A DNA stretch of 64,000 bases from an uncultured Actinomycetota bacterium (GTDB lineage Bacteria; Actinomycetota; Actinomycetes; Propionibacteriales; Nocardioidaceae). Where the stretch lies: the NCBI GenBank assembly GCA_963782905.1, contig CAWALI010000006.1, forward strand, positions 33,268-97,267. Reading direction: 5' to 3'. Below the pieces are notes generated by a model. That model ran no database searches and had not been told where the DNA came from. It was given only the letters and a program-made list of their open reading frames with translations. Position 1 is the first letter of the stretch; each line of letters opens with the position of its first letter. Position numbers and translations under genes: made by a program. Below, piece after piece: positions 39,956-50,400 of the stretch.

Positions 39956-40131
39956 GGGACCGGCCGAAAGTCTGACGCGGCCCCCGGCCGAAGGCACGAC
40001 GGGCTCGGAGCCTCACGGCCGATGCCCGGCGACCACGATCCCCGTCACGGTGGGGTCTGGTCCTGCGCACCCGGTGCAGGCCGCCACAGGAGGCACCATG
40101 TCCAGCGCACTCGAACGCGAGGGTTTGAGCC

Positions 40132-41031
40132 ATGATCACAGTTGAGTCCCTGACCCGGAGGTATGCCGGCTTCACCGCCGTCGACAACGTCTCGTTCACC
40201 GCCCGGCCCGGCCGCGTGACCGGTTTCCTCGGTCCCAACGGCGCCGGCAAGTCCACCACGATGCGCGTCATGGTCGGTCTGACCGTCCCGACATCCGGCT
40301 CCGCGACCATCAACGGAGAACGGTTCGCCGACCTACCCAATCCCGGCCTCGAGGTGGGCGTCCTGCTGGACGCCTCCGCGCAGCACGCCGGTCGCACCGG
40401 CCGTGAGATCCTCGCGGTCGCCGGGGCCACGATGGGGCTGCCCGGCTCTCGCGTCGACGAGATGCTCGAGCTGGTCAGCCTGACACCCACCGAGGCCAGG
40501 CGCCGGGTGCGCAACTACTCGCTCGGCATGCGTCAACGCCTCGGCATCGCCACCGCGCTGCTCGGCGACCCACGGGTGCTGATCCTCGACGAGCCCGCCA
40601 ACGGGCTCGACCCCGCGGGGATCCGGTGGATGCGCGACCTGCTGACGGGCTTCGCCGGCCGGGGCGGCACGGTGCTGCTGTCCTCGCACCTGCTGCACGA
40701 GATCGAGGTCATCGCCGACGACCTGGTCGTCATCGGCAACGGCAGGATCGTCGCGTCCGGCACCAAGGAAGAGCTCCTCGCGGCCGCCGGGACGCTCGCC
40801 CGCTCGACCTCACCGCGCGACCTCGCTCACGCGCTCGAGCAGGCCGGGATCCCCAGCACGCTCGCCGGGGACGGCTCGGTCCGCACCGATGCCGATCCCG
40901 CCCAGGTCGGGGCCGTGGCCCTGACCGCCGGCATCGCCCTCACCGAGCTCCGGTCCGCCGAGGGCGCCGGTCTCGAAGACATGTTCCTGTCGCTCACCGC
41001 CGACACCCAGCGCGAAGGAGTTGCGGCATGA
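40132..41031 (+). CDS. ABC transporter ATP-binding protein
   Basis: GPNGAGKST, YSLGMRQRL, LILDEPANGLD. Confidence 0.85.
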   Translation: MITVESLTRRYAGFTAVDNVSFTARPGRVTGFLGPNGAGKSTTMRVMVGLTVPTSGSATINGERFADLPNPGLEVGVLLDASAQHAGRTGREILAVAGATMGLPGSRVDEMLELVSLTPTEARRRVRNYSLGMRQRLGIATALLGDPRVLILDEPANGLDPAGIRWMRDLLTGFAGRGGTVLLSSHLLHEIEVIADDLVVIGNGRIVASGTKEELLAAAGTLARSTSPRDLAHALEQAGIPSTLAGDGSVRTDADPAQVGAVALTAGIALTELRSAEGAGLEDMFLSLTADTQREGVAA

Positions 41032-41843
41032 CCGCCACGACCGTCCCGGCGGCCTCCAGCACGGAGGCCGCACCGGTCCGCCGGACCGCCCGTCCCATCC
41101 CGACCGCTCGGCTCGTCACGGTCGAGCTGCGCAAGATGTTCGACACCCGCTCGGGATTCTGGATGCTCGTCAGCATCGGCGTCCTGTCGGTCGCCGCGAC
41201 CGGGGCGGTCATCGTCTTCGCTCCCGACAGCGCCGTCACCTATGACAGCTTCGCGACGGCGATCGGCCTCCCGATGTCGGTCATCCTGCCGATGATCGCG
41301 ATCCTGGCCGTCACGAGTGAGTGGAGCCAGCGCAGTGGGCTCACGACGTTCACGCTGGTGCCGAGCCGCGGACGCGTGATCGGCGCCAAGGCCGTCGCGA
41401 CCGTCGTGGTCGGCCTCGGCTCGATGGCCGTCGCCTTCGCGGTGGGCGCCGTCGGCAACCTGGCCGGCTCCGCGCTCGCCGGCGTCGACACCGTCTGGGA
41501 CGTGCCGCTGTCCACCGCACCCCAGATCGTGCTCGGCAACCTCATCGGCATGGCGATCGGCTTCACCCTCGGCGTGGTGCTGAGGGCCTCGGCCGCGGCG
41601 ATCGTCGCCTACTTCGTGGTCTCGTTCGTGCTGCCCGGCGTCCTCGAGCTGCTCGCGTTGGTGCGGGATTGGTTCCTGGACCTGCAGCCGTGGATCGACT
41701 GGAACTACACGCAGGTGGAACTCTTCGACGGCGCCACGAACACCGGTGAGGAGTGGGCGATGCTCGCCTCGACCACGATGATCTGGATCGTCATCCCCCT
41801 CGTCGTCGGGCTGCTCTTCCTGCGCCGCTCCGAGGTCAAGTAG
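41028..41843 (+). CDS. ABC-2 family permease
   Basis: Start overlaps the ATPase stop; six TM helices. Confidence 0.65.
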   Translation: MTATTVPAASSTEAAPVRRTARPIPTARLVTVELRKMFDTRSGFWMLVSIGVLSVAATGAVIVFAPDSAVTYDSFATAIGLPMSVILPMIAILAVTSEWSQRSGLTTFTLVPSRGRVIGAKAVATVVVGLGSMAVAFAVGAVGNLAGSALAGVDTVWDVPLSTAPQIVLGNLIGMAIGFTLGVVLRASAAAIVAYFVVSFVLPGVLELLALVRDWFLDLQPWIDWNYTQVELFDGATNTGEEWAMLASTTMIWIVIPLVVGLLFLRRSEVK

Positions 41844-41858
41844 TCACACACGGGCGGC

Positions 41859-41892
41859 GGTGTCCGGAACTCATCCGTGCGTTCCGGACACC
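41859..41892. promoter_or_regulatory. Perfect 12-bp-arm inverted repeat GGTGTCCGGAAC-N10-GTTCCGGACACC (terminator hairpin or operator upstream of malQ)
   Basis: Read directly from the sequence; no T-tract follows. Confidence 0.4.
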
Positions 41893-42025
41893 CGCGGTGT
41901 CGTGGTGGACCGGCTCAGCGTGCGAACAGGCCGCGATTCTCTGCGTCCGAGGCCGGCGGGCATCCTGGTGTCCGCGAGCAGCGGTGCGCTCGGCTACGCT
42001 CGCGTCTGCCGATGGAGGGAGTGTC

Positions 42026-43450
42026 ATGGGGGAGCTGGACAAGCCGTTCGATCGTCGTCGGGCAGGCGTCCTCCTGCATGTGACGTCCCTGCCCGGACGT
42101 GGGCCCACCGCTGGTTCGAACGACGGCGACCTCGGTGACGAGGCCTACCGGTTCGTTGACTTCCTCGCCGCCGCCGGGTGCTCGGTCTGGCAGGTGCTGC
42201 CGCTGGTGCCGACACATCCGGGGGATGGCTCGCCCTACAACGCTCCGTCCGCGATGGCGGGCAACGCCGCGATGATCAGCCGGGCACACCAGGCCGCTCA
42301 CCATCTCGAGTCTCCGTCCACGCTGGACGAACACCAGCGGTCTGCCTTCTCGTCGTGGTGTGCCGCCCAGGCCGACTGGCTGGATCCGTACGTCGAGTTC
42401 ACGGCGCTGCGCGAGCTCCACGACGGCGCTCCTTGGCTGTCCTGGGCACCTGCGCTGCGCGACCGCGACCCGCGCTCGGTCGCGGATGCGCTCACCCCAC
42501 TCAGCGACCGCCTGGAGTCGCTGCGCTTCGAGCAGTGGGTCTTCACCGTGCAGTGGGCGCGCCTTCGCGAGTACGCCGCGTCCCAGGGCGTGCTGCTGTT
42601 CGGCGACCTGCCGATCTTCGTGTCCCTCGACAGTGCCGACGTGTGGGCCTCGCGGGAGTTGTTCCAGCTGGGCGAGGAGGGGCGCCCGGTGACGGTGTCC
42701 GGTTGCCCGCCCGACTACTTCGCGGCCGAGGGGCAGCGATGGAACAACCCGCACTACGACTGGGATGCGATGGCGGCGGACGGGTTCGACTGGTGGCGGC
42801 GCCGGATCGCGCGCCAGCGCGAGCTGTTCGACCTGGTCCGCATCGATCACTTCCGGGCGTTCGAGGCGGCGTGGCACGTGCCGGCCGACGCCCCCACGGC
42901 CCGTGGTGGCCGGTGGGTCCCGGGGCCGGGCGCAGACATCTTGTCGGTCCTGGTCGACAGCGCAGGACCGGGGTCGTTGGTGGCGGAGGACCTCGGAGTC
43001 ATCACGTCGGAGGTCGAGGAGCTGCGGATCCGGTTCGGTCTGCCCGGGATGAAGGTCCTGCAGTTCGCCTTCGACGGTGACCGCGACAACCCCTACCTCC
43101 CCGGCCACCACGGTGAGCAGAGCGTCGTCTACACAGGCACCCACGACAACGACACCACCCTGGGGTGGTGGGAGCTGTTGGACGAGCAGACCCGCGACCG
43201 CGTCCGCTCCTGTCTCCCTGATCCGGAGGAGGCGATGCCGTGGGCGTTGATCCGACTCGCCATGCAGTCGACGGCTCGGCTCAGCGTCGTACCCGCCCAG
43301 GACATTCTCGGACTCGGCAGCCAGAGCCGGATGAACACACCCGGCACCCCCCAGGGCAACTGGGCCTGGCAAGCGCCTGCCGGGGCCTTCGACGTCCACC
43401 TCGCCACCAGGATCCGGGAGCTCCTGGCCGCCACGGACAGGCTCGGTTGA
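42026..43450 (+). CDS. malQ: 4-alpha-glucanotransferase (amylomaltase, GH77)
   Basis: GVLLHVTSLP, RIDHFRAFE and TGTHDNDT motifs. Confidence 0.85.
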   Translation: MGELDKPFDRRRAGVLLHVTSLPGRGPTAGSNDGDLGDEAYRFVDFLAAAGCSVWQVLPLVPTHPGDGSPYNAPSAMAGNAAMISRAHQAAHHLESPSTLDEHQRSAFSSWCAAQADWLDPYVEFTALRELHDGAPWLSWAPALRDRDPRSVADALTPLSDRLESLRFEQWVFTVQWARLREYAASQGVLLFGDLPIFVSLDSADVWASRELFQLGEEGRPVTVSGCPPDYFAAEGQRWNNPHYDWDAMAADGFDWWRRRIARQRELFDLVRIDHFRAFEAAWHVPADAPTARGGRWVPGPGADILSVLVDSAGPGSLVAEDLGVITSEVEELRIRFGLPGMKVLQFAFDGDRDNPYLPGHHGEQSVVYTGTHDNDTTLGWWELLDEQTRDRVRSCLPDPEEAMPWALIRLAMQSTARLSVVPAQDILGLGSQSRMNTPGTPQGNWAWQAPAGAFDVHLATRIRELLAATDRLG

Positions 43451-43634
43451 CCACGCTGTCCAGACCGCAGAAGCTGCACGACGTCCCTACGGTCGTGGCG
43501 CACGTGCGAGTTGCAGCGCGAAGGGTCCACCATCCCGGTGGGGCGCGTCGATCCGCCGCCTGGCGGCTTCCCCACGAATGAGTAGATGGGTGCATGGGGT
43601 GGTCCCCGCCTGCTGGCCCGGTTAGCGTCGATGG

Positions 43635-44432
43635 ATGAATGCGGATGGAGTGGCGCCCTTCCCGGCGGATGCCTTCGAGCGGGTGTTGTGTGTCGTCGCC
43701 CATCCCGACGACGTCGAGTACGGAACCTCCTCGGCAGTCGCGGCCTGGACAAGCCAGGGGGTGGAGGTGGCGTACCTGCTCTTGACGCACGGCGAGGCGG
43801 GCATGGATGCCAGCGCCCCCGACCGGACTGCTGAGCTCCGCGTGCGTGAGCAGGTTGCCGGCTCGACCGCTGTCGGGGTGGCGCAGGTCGACTTCCTGTC
43901 CTACCCCGATGGCGTCCTGGTCTACTCCTTGGACCTGCGCCGCGACATCGCCCGCGCGATCCGCCGGTTCCGTCCCGATGCCGTTCTCGTGGGTTCGTGG
44001 GAGGTGGAGTTCGTCGCCGGCCTGAACCAGGCCGACCACCGTGTCGCCGGCCTCGCCGCCCTGGACGCAGTGAGGGACGCGGGCAACCGGTGGGTGTTCC
44101 CCGAGCTGCTGGATGGCGAGGGTCTCGAGCCGTGGTCGCCGCGATGGTTGCTCGTGTCGGGCGACACCCGACCTACGCACGGCGTTGACGTCACCGGCCA
44201 GGCCCTGGAACGGGGGATCGCTTCGCTGGAGGCTCATCGCGAGTATCTCGCCGGCCTCCCTGGACACCCTCCACCCCGGCCGATGATCAGCGGAATCACC
44301 GCGATGCAGGGGCAGCGGATGGGTGTCGCTCACGCGGTGCTGTTCCGTGCCTTCGACTTCCATGCGCCGCCGCCCATCGCCATGGAAGCAATGACGTTGG
44401 CCGGGACGGAGGCCCCCACCGTCGGTGACTGA
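43635..44432 (+). CDS. PIG-L/LmbE-family deacetylase
   Basis: VVAHPDDVEYG zinc-binding motif. Confidence 0.75.
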   Translation: MNADGVAPFPADAFERVLCVVAHPDDVEYGTSSAVAAWTSQGVEVAYLLLTHGEAGMDASAPDRTAELRVREQVAGSTAVGVAQVDFLSYPDGVLVYSLDLRRDIARAIRRFRPDAVLVGSWEVEFVAGLNQADHRVAGLAALDAVRDAGNRWVFPELLDGEGLEPWSPRWLLVSGDTRPTHGVDVTGQALERGIASLEAHREYLAGLPGHPPPRPMISGITAMQGQRMGVAHAVLFRAFDFHAPPPIAMEAMTLAGTEAPTVGD

Positions 44433-44628
44433 CGGGCGTGGGCCGCGCTCGAGACGTCGAAGCACCCGATCCTCTGGACCTGCACTCAGATCCTGCTTCC
44501 GAACCGACGCCCAGCCGAGAGGGCGATCGCCGCCGACGCACGTCACACATCACAGTGCCGCTCCTTCCACCGCGTCTGGTGCGGGCCCTCGGCTCGCGGT
44601 CCCCAGCCGAAGGAGTTCCGCGTGCGCG

Positions 44629-45162
44629 CTACCGCTTCACCCAGGGCCCGAAGGTGCGGCGATCCGCAGCCCAGTCCACGGTGTTCGTGCTCTCGTCCTT
44701 GAACTGCACGGCGACCCGGACTCGTCGTGGGTTGTCGAGGCAGCGGCGCGGGATCCGGATCGACACGGGCTTGTCGGTGAAGACGTCGGCGCGAAGTCGT
44801 ATCCCTCGACACTGCACATAAGACCGACGACCATCGAAGGACCGCACGCGTGCGAGCACCTCGTCGAAGTCGGTGTTGGCGCGGAACGCGACGTAGTAGT
44901 CCGGCCGGCGTCCGTGGCCGGAGTCGATCCAGAAGGCGTAGAGCTGTCCGGTTCGTAGTGGAACACCTGAGTGAACGCGCACCATCACCGAGTCCCGATG
45001 GACGACCCGTACGCGCGAGATGTCCACGGAGGTCGAGTCGCCGACGGGATCATCGAACACCGTGGTGTCTCCCATCGCTGGCCCAGGAGCCATGGCAAGG
45101 GTCAGGCCAAGCATCCACATGGACAGTCCTCGAATGGACCACTTCGTTGCGAGCATGCGCAT
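44629..45162 (-). CDS. Secreted hypothetical protein (signal peptide; Arg-rich)
   Basis: N-term MRMLATKWSIRGLSMWMLGLTLAMAPGPAMG resembles a signal peptide; no known motifs. Confidence 0.4.
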   Translation of the reverse strand: MRMLATKWSIRGLSMWMLGLTLAMAPGPAMGDTTVFDDPVGDSTSVDISRVRVVHRDSVMVRVHSGVPLRTGQLYAFWIDSGHGRRPDYYVAFRANTDFDEVLARVRSFDGRRSYVQCRGIRLRADVFTDKPVSIRIPRRCLDNPRRVRVAVQFKDESTNTVDWAADRRTFGPWVKR

Positions 45163-45327
45163 CCCCGTTCACCACGACCCCTGTCGCCCTCATCGTCGGC
45201 TGTTTCAACGCCGCTGGCAAGGTCGTGTCTCCCGCACCCACCGCATGACGGGCCCGGCCGTGAGGCGTGATCTGACCCCGCGAGCCACGGTCTTGCGCTG
45301 CACGCAGGAGCACGACGTGGACTCGGG

Positions 45328-45714
45328 TCAGCCCTTCGCGGGATCGTCGACGTTGACGGTCGGGATGCCGCCACCCACCCGGGCGATGACGGCCAGAGAT
45401 GGCTCCCGGGCGGGGTTCGACTCGCGGTGAACGGTCCAGGCCGGAACGTGGACGAAGTCGCCGGGGCCGGCATCGAGGTAACCGTCGTAGCCCTCGAACT
45501 CGAGACGTAGCACGCCGCGCACGATGTACAGGCTCGACTCGTTCCGCTCGTGGTGGTGCCAGCCCGACACCGCTCCAGGCTCAGTGACGACCTGGCCGGC
45601 CCAGAGCAGCGGGAGCTCGAAGGCCAGGGCACGACTCATGCCGGGCGTCGGGTCGGCCGAAGCCACGTCGGCCGGCGTGAAGACCCGTACGGGCCGAGGC
45701 ACCTCACCGCTCAT
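45328..45714 (-). CDS. Cupin-domain protein
   Basis: GAVSGWHHHE...YIVRG...GDFVHVPAWTVH (two His-containing cupin motifs). Confidence 0.6.
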   Translation of the reverse strand: MSGEVPRPVRVFTPADVASADPTPGMSRALAFELPLLWAGQVVTEPGAVSGWHHHERNESSLYIVRGVLRLEFEGYDGYLDAGPGDFVHVPAWTVHRESNPAREPSLAVIARVGGGIPTVNVDDPAKG

Positions 45715-45827
45715 GACGTCAGCGTGCCACGACCGGGCGCCCCTCACGACCCACGACCAGCACGACACGGCCGACACCGGCCGCGAGCCGACCCTGTTCG
45801 GGGAGGAGACCCCGATAACGTCCGGGG

Positions 45828-47561
45828 GTGGCCAGTCCTCGACGATCCGGTGCTCGTCGACGCAGCGCGTCCCCCCGCCGGAGCGGCACACGACGACAGC
45901 AGCGGCCCTTGCCGGCCGCCGGGCCGGGGGAGCGGCTGTGGGTGCTCGACGTCCCGTACGCGACGCAGGTCGACGGCGCCACCTGGCACCCTGCCGTCAA
46001 GACCCACCTGTACGTCGGGTGCACCCTGCCCGCGCACCTCGCGCCGTACTCTCCGGGGCCGTACACGCTCGGTCAGTTCATCGAGAACACCCTCAATCCC
46101 GACCATCCGACGCCGAGCCCCGAGCCGACCGACGAGCTCGAGCCCCGGAGGATCCAGTTCGAAGCAGCCGATGCGATCGCGGCGCGCGCCGCGGCGGGCG
46201 GACGCCAGTTCCTGCTCGCCGACGAGCCCGGCGTGGGCAAGACCATCGCCGCGGTCCTCGGGGCGACGGCGGTGGGCGACCTCCGCGGTGCGCGACGGGT
46301 GCTGGTCGTGGCCGACCGGCCCGCCGCGATCACGATCGGGCACTGGTGTCGCACGATCACGGCTCTGGGACATGGCGGTCTGGAGTGGGTCGTGATCACG
46401 TGGGACCGGCTGGAGAAGGTCAAGGACCACACCTGGGACGTGATCATCGCGGACGAGGCCCACGCCCTGCGACGTACGACGACGAAGCGGTGGAAGCTCT
46501 GGGCGCAGATCTCGGGGCACGGCCGGCCGCACGACAAGGCGCCGTTCGTCATCGCGACCACCGCGACGCCCGGACACACGCCGCTCGAGCTGCCGTACCT
46601 GGCTCCCGCATACGCGCAGGTCCTCGGCGAGTCGATGAGGGAGTGGACCTCGGGGGCGCAACCCGGGGACGCCTTCGCCACCGCGCTCGAGCGCCACGGC
46701 GTCGGGGTGGAACGGGGACGCTACGGCGCGACGTGGACCACCGATCCGGCGCGGCGCGCTGCGGACCTCAAGCTCGTGCGCGGCTGGCTCGACGAGGAGC
46801 GGCCTCCGGCGATGCTGCACCGGGCCGCGCCGTGGGGTCCGGTGCCGATCTCCGGCATGCCCGTGGCGCTCACGCCCGCGGAGCGAACGGCGTACGAGGC
46901 CGAGTGGGGGGAGTTCTGTCGTGAGATGGACATCGCCCGCCGCGGCCGCAATGTCGCGAAGGGGCGGGCCGCGCTCCTGCGCTTCCGGCAGAAGGCCGGG
47001 CTCATTCGGGTCGACTCGACGGTCGCCTGGATCGCCCAGCAGGTCGAGGGCGAGCGACAGGTGGCGTGCTCGGTCGAGTTCGTCGCGACCGCCGCCGACC
47101 CGATCGCCGACCGGCTACGCGACTCGGGCATCGACGTCGCCACGATCTACGGCCGCGACCGGTTCGATCCAGAGGTCGAGCGGCTCCGGTTCCAGACCGG
47201 GCAGGCGAAGGTCTGCGTCTTCACCACGGTCGCCTCCATCAGCCTGCACGCCGGCGAGACCCTCGCCGACGGCCGCCGTGCGAGCACGGAGCCGCGGGTG
47301 GGTGTCTTCCACCAGGCCCGTTTCTCGGGCATCGCCGGGCGACAGGTGACCGGCCGCACCCACCGCGACCACCACGTCTCGCCGTGGCACATCGCGTACG
47401 CCGAGGGCACCGTCGAGGAGCAGGTCGGCAAGGTGATGGTGGAGCGGATCGCCGCGGCCTCCGACACCGTGGGCGGCGACACCACCGGCCTCGCCGACCT
47501 CGCCCAGCTGCTGGGAGCCGACTGGCTGCCGATCACGACCCTGACCGAGGGCGGTGCCTGA
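45828..47561 (+). CDS. SNF2-like (SF2) ATPase with a non-canonical Arg-rich/Cys-His N-terminal domain; start codon uncertain
   Basis: Motif I LLADEPGVGKTIAAV, motif II VIIADEAHAL and a motif VI-like QVTGRTHRDHH. The approximately 110-aa N-terminal region is unrelated to helicases. Confidence 0.5.
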   Translation: MASPRRSGARRRSASPRRSGTRRQQRPLPAAGPGERLWVLDVPYATQVDGATWHPAVKTHLYVGCTLPAHLAPYSPGPYTLGQFIENTLNPDHPTPSPEPTDELEPRRIQFEAADAIAARAAAGGRQFLLADEPGVGKTIAAVLGATAVGDLRGARRVLVVADRPAAITIGHWCRTITALGHGGLEWVVITWDRLEKVKDHTWDVIIADEAHALRRTTTKRWKLWAQISGHGRPHDKAPFVIATTATPGHTPLELPYLAPAYAQVLGESMREWTSGAQPGDAFATALERHGVGVERGRYGATWTTDPARRAADLKLVRGWLDEERPPAMLHRAAPWGPVPISGMPVALTPAERTAYEAEWGEFCREMDIARRGRNVAKGRAALLRFRQKAGLIRVDSTVAWIAQQVEGERQVACSVEFVATAADPIADRLRDSGIDVATIYGRDRFDPEVERLRFQTGQAKVCVFTTVASISLHAGETLADGRRASTEPRVGVFHQARFSGIAGRQVTGRTHRDHHVSPWHIAYAEGTVEEQVGKVMVERIAAASDTVGGDTTGLADLAQLLGADWLPITTLTEGGA

Positions 47562-47647
47562 CCGGGCCCGGCCCGGGTCCGGCCGGTCACGGACCGGCGA
47601 TCGCAGATCCAGAAGCGAGGGAGGACGGCCCCGCCTACGCTGGTCCC

Positions 47648-48157
47648 ATGGCCGAGGTGAGTCCGGTTCCCCGTTCCCGGCCCCTCGAGCGAGGTTCCGA
47701 GCGCGCCATGTTGGAGAGCATGCTCGACTGCTATCGCGCGACGGTGGTCAACAAGGTCGCCGGACTGACCGATGCTCAGGCGTTCGCGGCCGCCGTGCCA
47801 CCTTCGACACTCACTCCCGCGACCGTGGTCAAGCACCTGGCGGGAACGGAGCGGTTCTGGTTCAGCATCGACTTCGCCGCTCTCGACGTGCCGTGGCCAT
47901 GGACTGACGACGACCTGCACGGCAACTTCCGCATCGAGGCCGGCGACACCCTGGCCGGGATCGTGGGTGACTACCTCCACGAGTGCGAGCTCTCCCGCCA
48001 GGCGATCGCTGACGCCCACCTCGACCAGCCCGCTCGCGGCGAGGAGATGGACTTCACCCTCCGATTCGCACTGCTGCACATGATCGAGGAGACCGCACGG
48101 CACTGCGGGCATCTCGACCTGCTGCGCGAGGCCACGGACGGCGCCGTAGGCTTCTAG
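47648..48157 (+). CDS. DinB/DUF664-family (four-helix-bundle metal-binding) protein
   Basis: HxxxE...H pattern (HLAGTERFW ... HMIEETARHCGHLDLL). Confidence 0.6.
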   Translation: MAEVSPVPRSRPLERGSERAMLESMLDCYRATVVNKVAGLTDAQAFAAAVPPSTLTPATVVKHLAGTERFWFSIDFAALDVPWPWTDDDLHGNFRIEAGDTLAGIVGDYLHECELSRQAIADAHLDQPARGEEMDFTLRFALLHMIEETARHCGHLDLLREATDGAVGF

Positions 48158-48166
48158 GCCGGAGGC

Positions 48167-48982
48167 TTGCCTGTGGTGCCCAGCACGGCTGATGCGGTGT
48201 CAGCGTCCGTCGCCTGTGCCCGGGCACGGGGTCTTCCTGCCGATGATCCCGAGGTCATCGCCGAGGGGTACAGCGTCCGTGTGCGCCTCAGGCCCGCAGC
48301 CGTCGTCACCCGCGTGGTCACCACTGGGCGAGAGCTACGCCCAGAACCCTTGCCGTGGCTGGAACGTGAAGTGGCTGTCGCGCAGTTCCTGGCCGCGTCG
48401 AGCGTCCCCGTCGTGGGTCCGTGGGAGCACCCAGGGCCCCACCTCGCGGAAGGGCTCGACGTGTCCTTGTGGCACTGGGCCGACCACGACTCGAGCGAGG
48501 TGTCGGGCGCCGACTTCGGGGCGATGCTGGGACGTCTGCACGATGCCCTCGCGTCGTACCCCGGTGACCTGCCCACGCTGGTGGGCCCCCTCACCGACAT
48601 CACCACGGCACTCAACATCTCGTCTGATCCAACCCTCCACCGCGCGGCGGCCGAGCTGCTCCCACTGGCCCTGTCCTGGCCGCGCCGCCCCCTGCACGGA
48701 GACGCCCACACAGGGAATGTCCTGGTGACGCCGTCGGGCCCCCTCTGGACGGATTTCGAGGACGTCTGTGTGGGGCCGGTGGAGTGGGACCTGGCTTCGA
48801 TGACGGTCACTGACGACGCGCTCGATGCCTACCCCGGCCACATCGATCGAACCCGACTCGCCGACTGCCGTGACCTTCGTCGTCTGCAGGTATTGGCAAG
48901 CCTGCTGGTGGGGGTCCACGACGATGCTGCGCTCCGCACGTCGCTCAGGACGCACCTCGACCGACGTCGCGATCAGCACTGA
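48167..48982 (+). CDS. Aminoglycoside/choline-kinase-type phosphotransferase (APH family)
   Basis: LHGDAHTGNVL (Brenner motif) and DFEDVCVGPVEWDLA. Confidence 0.65.
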   Translation: MPVVPSTADAVSASVACARARGLPADDPEVIAEGYSVRVRLRPAAVVTRVVTTGRELRPEPLPWLEREVAVAQFLAASSVPVVGPWEHPGPHLAEGLDVSLWHWADHDSSEVSGADFGAMLGRLHDALASYPGDLPTLVGPLTDITTALNISSDPTLHRAAAELLPLALSWPRRPLHGDAHTGNVLVTPSGPLWTDFEDVCVGPVEWDLASMTVTDDALDAYPGHIDRTRLADCRDLRRLQVLASLLVGVHDDAALRTSLRTHLDRRRDQH

Positions 48983-49100
48983 ACCTGGGCTGATCAACGA
49001 GAGATGGAATCCGCCGGTGCTGGGGGCGCCGCTCGTCGCGGTGGGGATCATGGTTTGGGGTTCGTGCTGGTGCGTGGTCCGGTGGGGCTCCGAGCGGACG

Positions 49101-50387
49101 TCAGCCGAGCAGGGCTGCGCGGGCCACGTCGCCGCCCGGTGCCCGGCGCAGTTCCTCGCCGATCGTGCGGGCCAGGTCCGGGGCAGGGCCGTCGAGGACG
49201 GCGCGCACGGCGGCACGCAGGTCCGCGGAGGTGACCACGTTCGGGTCGAGCGCTGCCCCCAGCCCGGCGGCCTCGATCGCCGCCGCCCCCGCGAACTGGT
49301 CGGTGGAGAACGGCAACACCACCATCGGCACCCCGGCAGTGAGCGCCTCCGTCACGCTGTTGTTGCCGCCGTGTGTGACCAGCACCGCCGTCCGGTGCAG
49401 CAGGGCGACCTGCGGCAGGTAGGGACGCATCAGCCAGTCCGGCGGAGCCTGCGGCAGGCCGGTGGCGGAGCCGGTGGCCACCGCGACCCGAAGGCCGAGC
49501 GGGCGCAGCGCGTCCAGCACCGTCGCCAGCACGTCCCCGCGCGCCGACAAGAAGCTGCCGAAGCTGACGTAGATCACCGGCCGGTCGTCGACGGCGAGCC
49601 AGTCCCGGACGTCGTCGGTCGCCGGCTCGGCCCGCACGGCCGAGCCGAGAAACGCGTGCGGTGGCAGCAACGCCGTGCGTGCCGGGTCGTGCAGAGCGGC
49701 CGGGTAGTTCAGCATCAGCAGGTCACCGTGCTCGGCGAACGCGTCCGCCGACGGCGTGGCACCGGGTGCCAGCTCGTGCAGGGCGGTGTTCCACTCCGCA
49801 GTGAAGGCGTCCCGGACGTCGCGGCACAGCCGGTGCAGGGCGGCGAGGTCGGACTCCGGCGCGGTGAAGGCGGTCGGCCAGGCGGGCGGGTAGCCGTACA
49901 CCTCGTCTCCGACCGGCAGCGCGGACGGGTGGCCGAGCACGACATCGGCGTACGGGACGCCCGCCACGGCCAGCGCGAGGCGGGCGCTGAACGCCAGATG
50001 GTCGACGATCACGTGGTCGGGCTTCACCCGGTCGACGACGTCCAGGACGGCCCGGGCCCGGTCCACCGGCTCCCACAGCAGGTCGGTGCGCCGCGCCTCG
50101 GCCTGGTAGCGCAGCGTCGCCACCATGCCGTGCCGGGTGGCCGCGAAGAAGCCACGCAGCGCTGCGTCCTCGCCGGGTGGCTGCTGCTCGACCCGGATGA
50201 CACCGGGATTCGAGCCCCGGCCCAGCACCAGATGGGCACGGTCGAAGCCGAACCCGGCGACGATGTCGGCGGTCGCCGGGCCGGTTGCCACCACCACAGG
50301 CTCGCCGGCGTCCCGCCAGGCCGTCGCGAGAGTCGCCAACGGCAGCAGGTGCGACGCGTAGTCCGGACTGATCACCAAGAGGGTCAT
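49101..50387 (-). CDS. GT1-family (MGT/UDP-glycosyltransferase) glycosyltransferase
   Basis: C-terminal nucleotide-sugar motif VTHGGNNSVTEALTAGVPMVVLPFSTDQ. Confidence 0.75.
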   Translation of the reverse strand: MTLLVISPDYASHLLPLATLATAWRDAGEPVVVATGPATADIVAGFGFDRAHLVLGRGSNPGVIRVEQQPPGEDAALRGFFAATRHGMVATLRYQAEARRTDLLWEPVDRARAVLDVVDRVKPDHVIVDHLAFSARLALAVAGVPYADVVLGHPSALPVGDEVYGYPPAWPTAFTAPESDLAALHRLCRDVRDAFTAEWNTALHELAPGATPSADAFAEHGDLLMLNYPAALHDPARTALLPPHAFLGSAVRAEPATDDVRDWLAVDDRPVIYVSFGSFLSARGDVLATVLDALRPLGLRVAVATGSATGLPQAPPDWLMRPYLPQVALLHRTAVLVTHGGNNSVTEALTAGVPMVVLPFSTDQFAGAAAIEAAGLGAALDPNVVTSADLRAAVRAVLDGPAPDLARTIGEELRRAPGGDVARAALLG

Positions 50388-50400
50388 GCGAGTGACCGTG

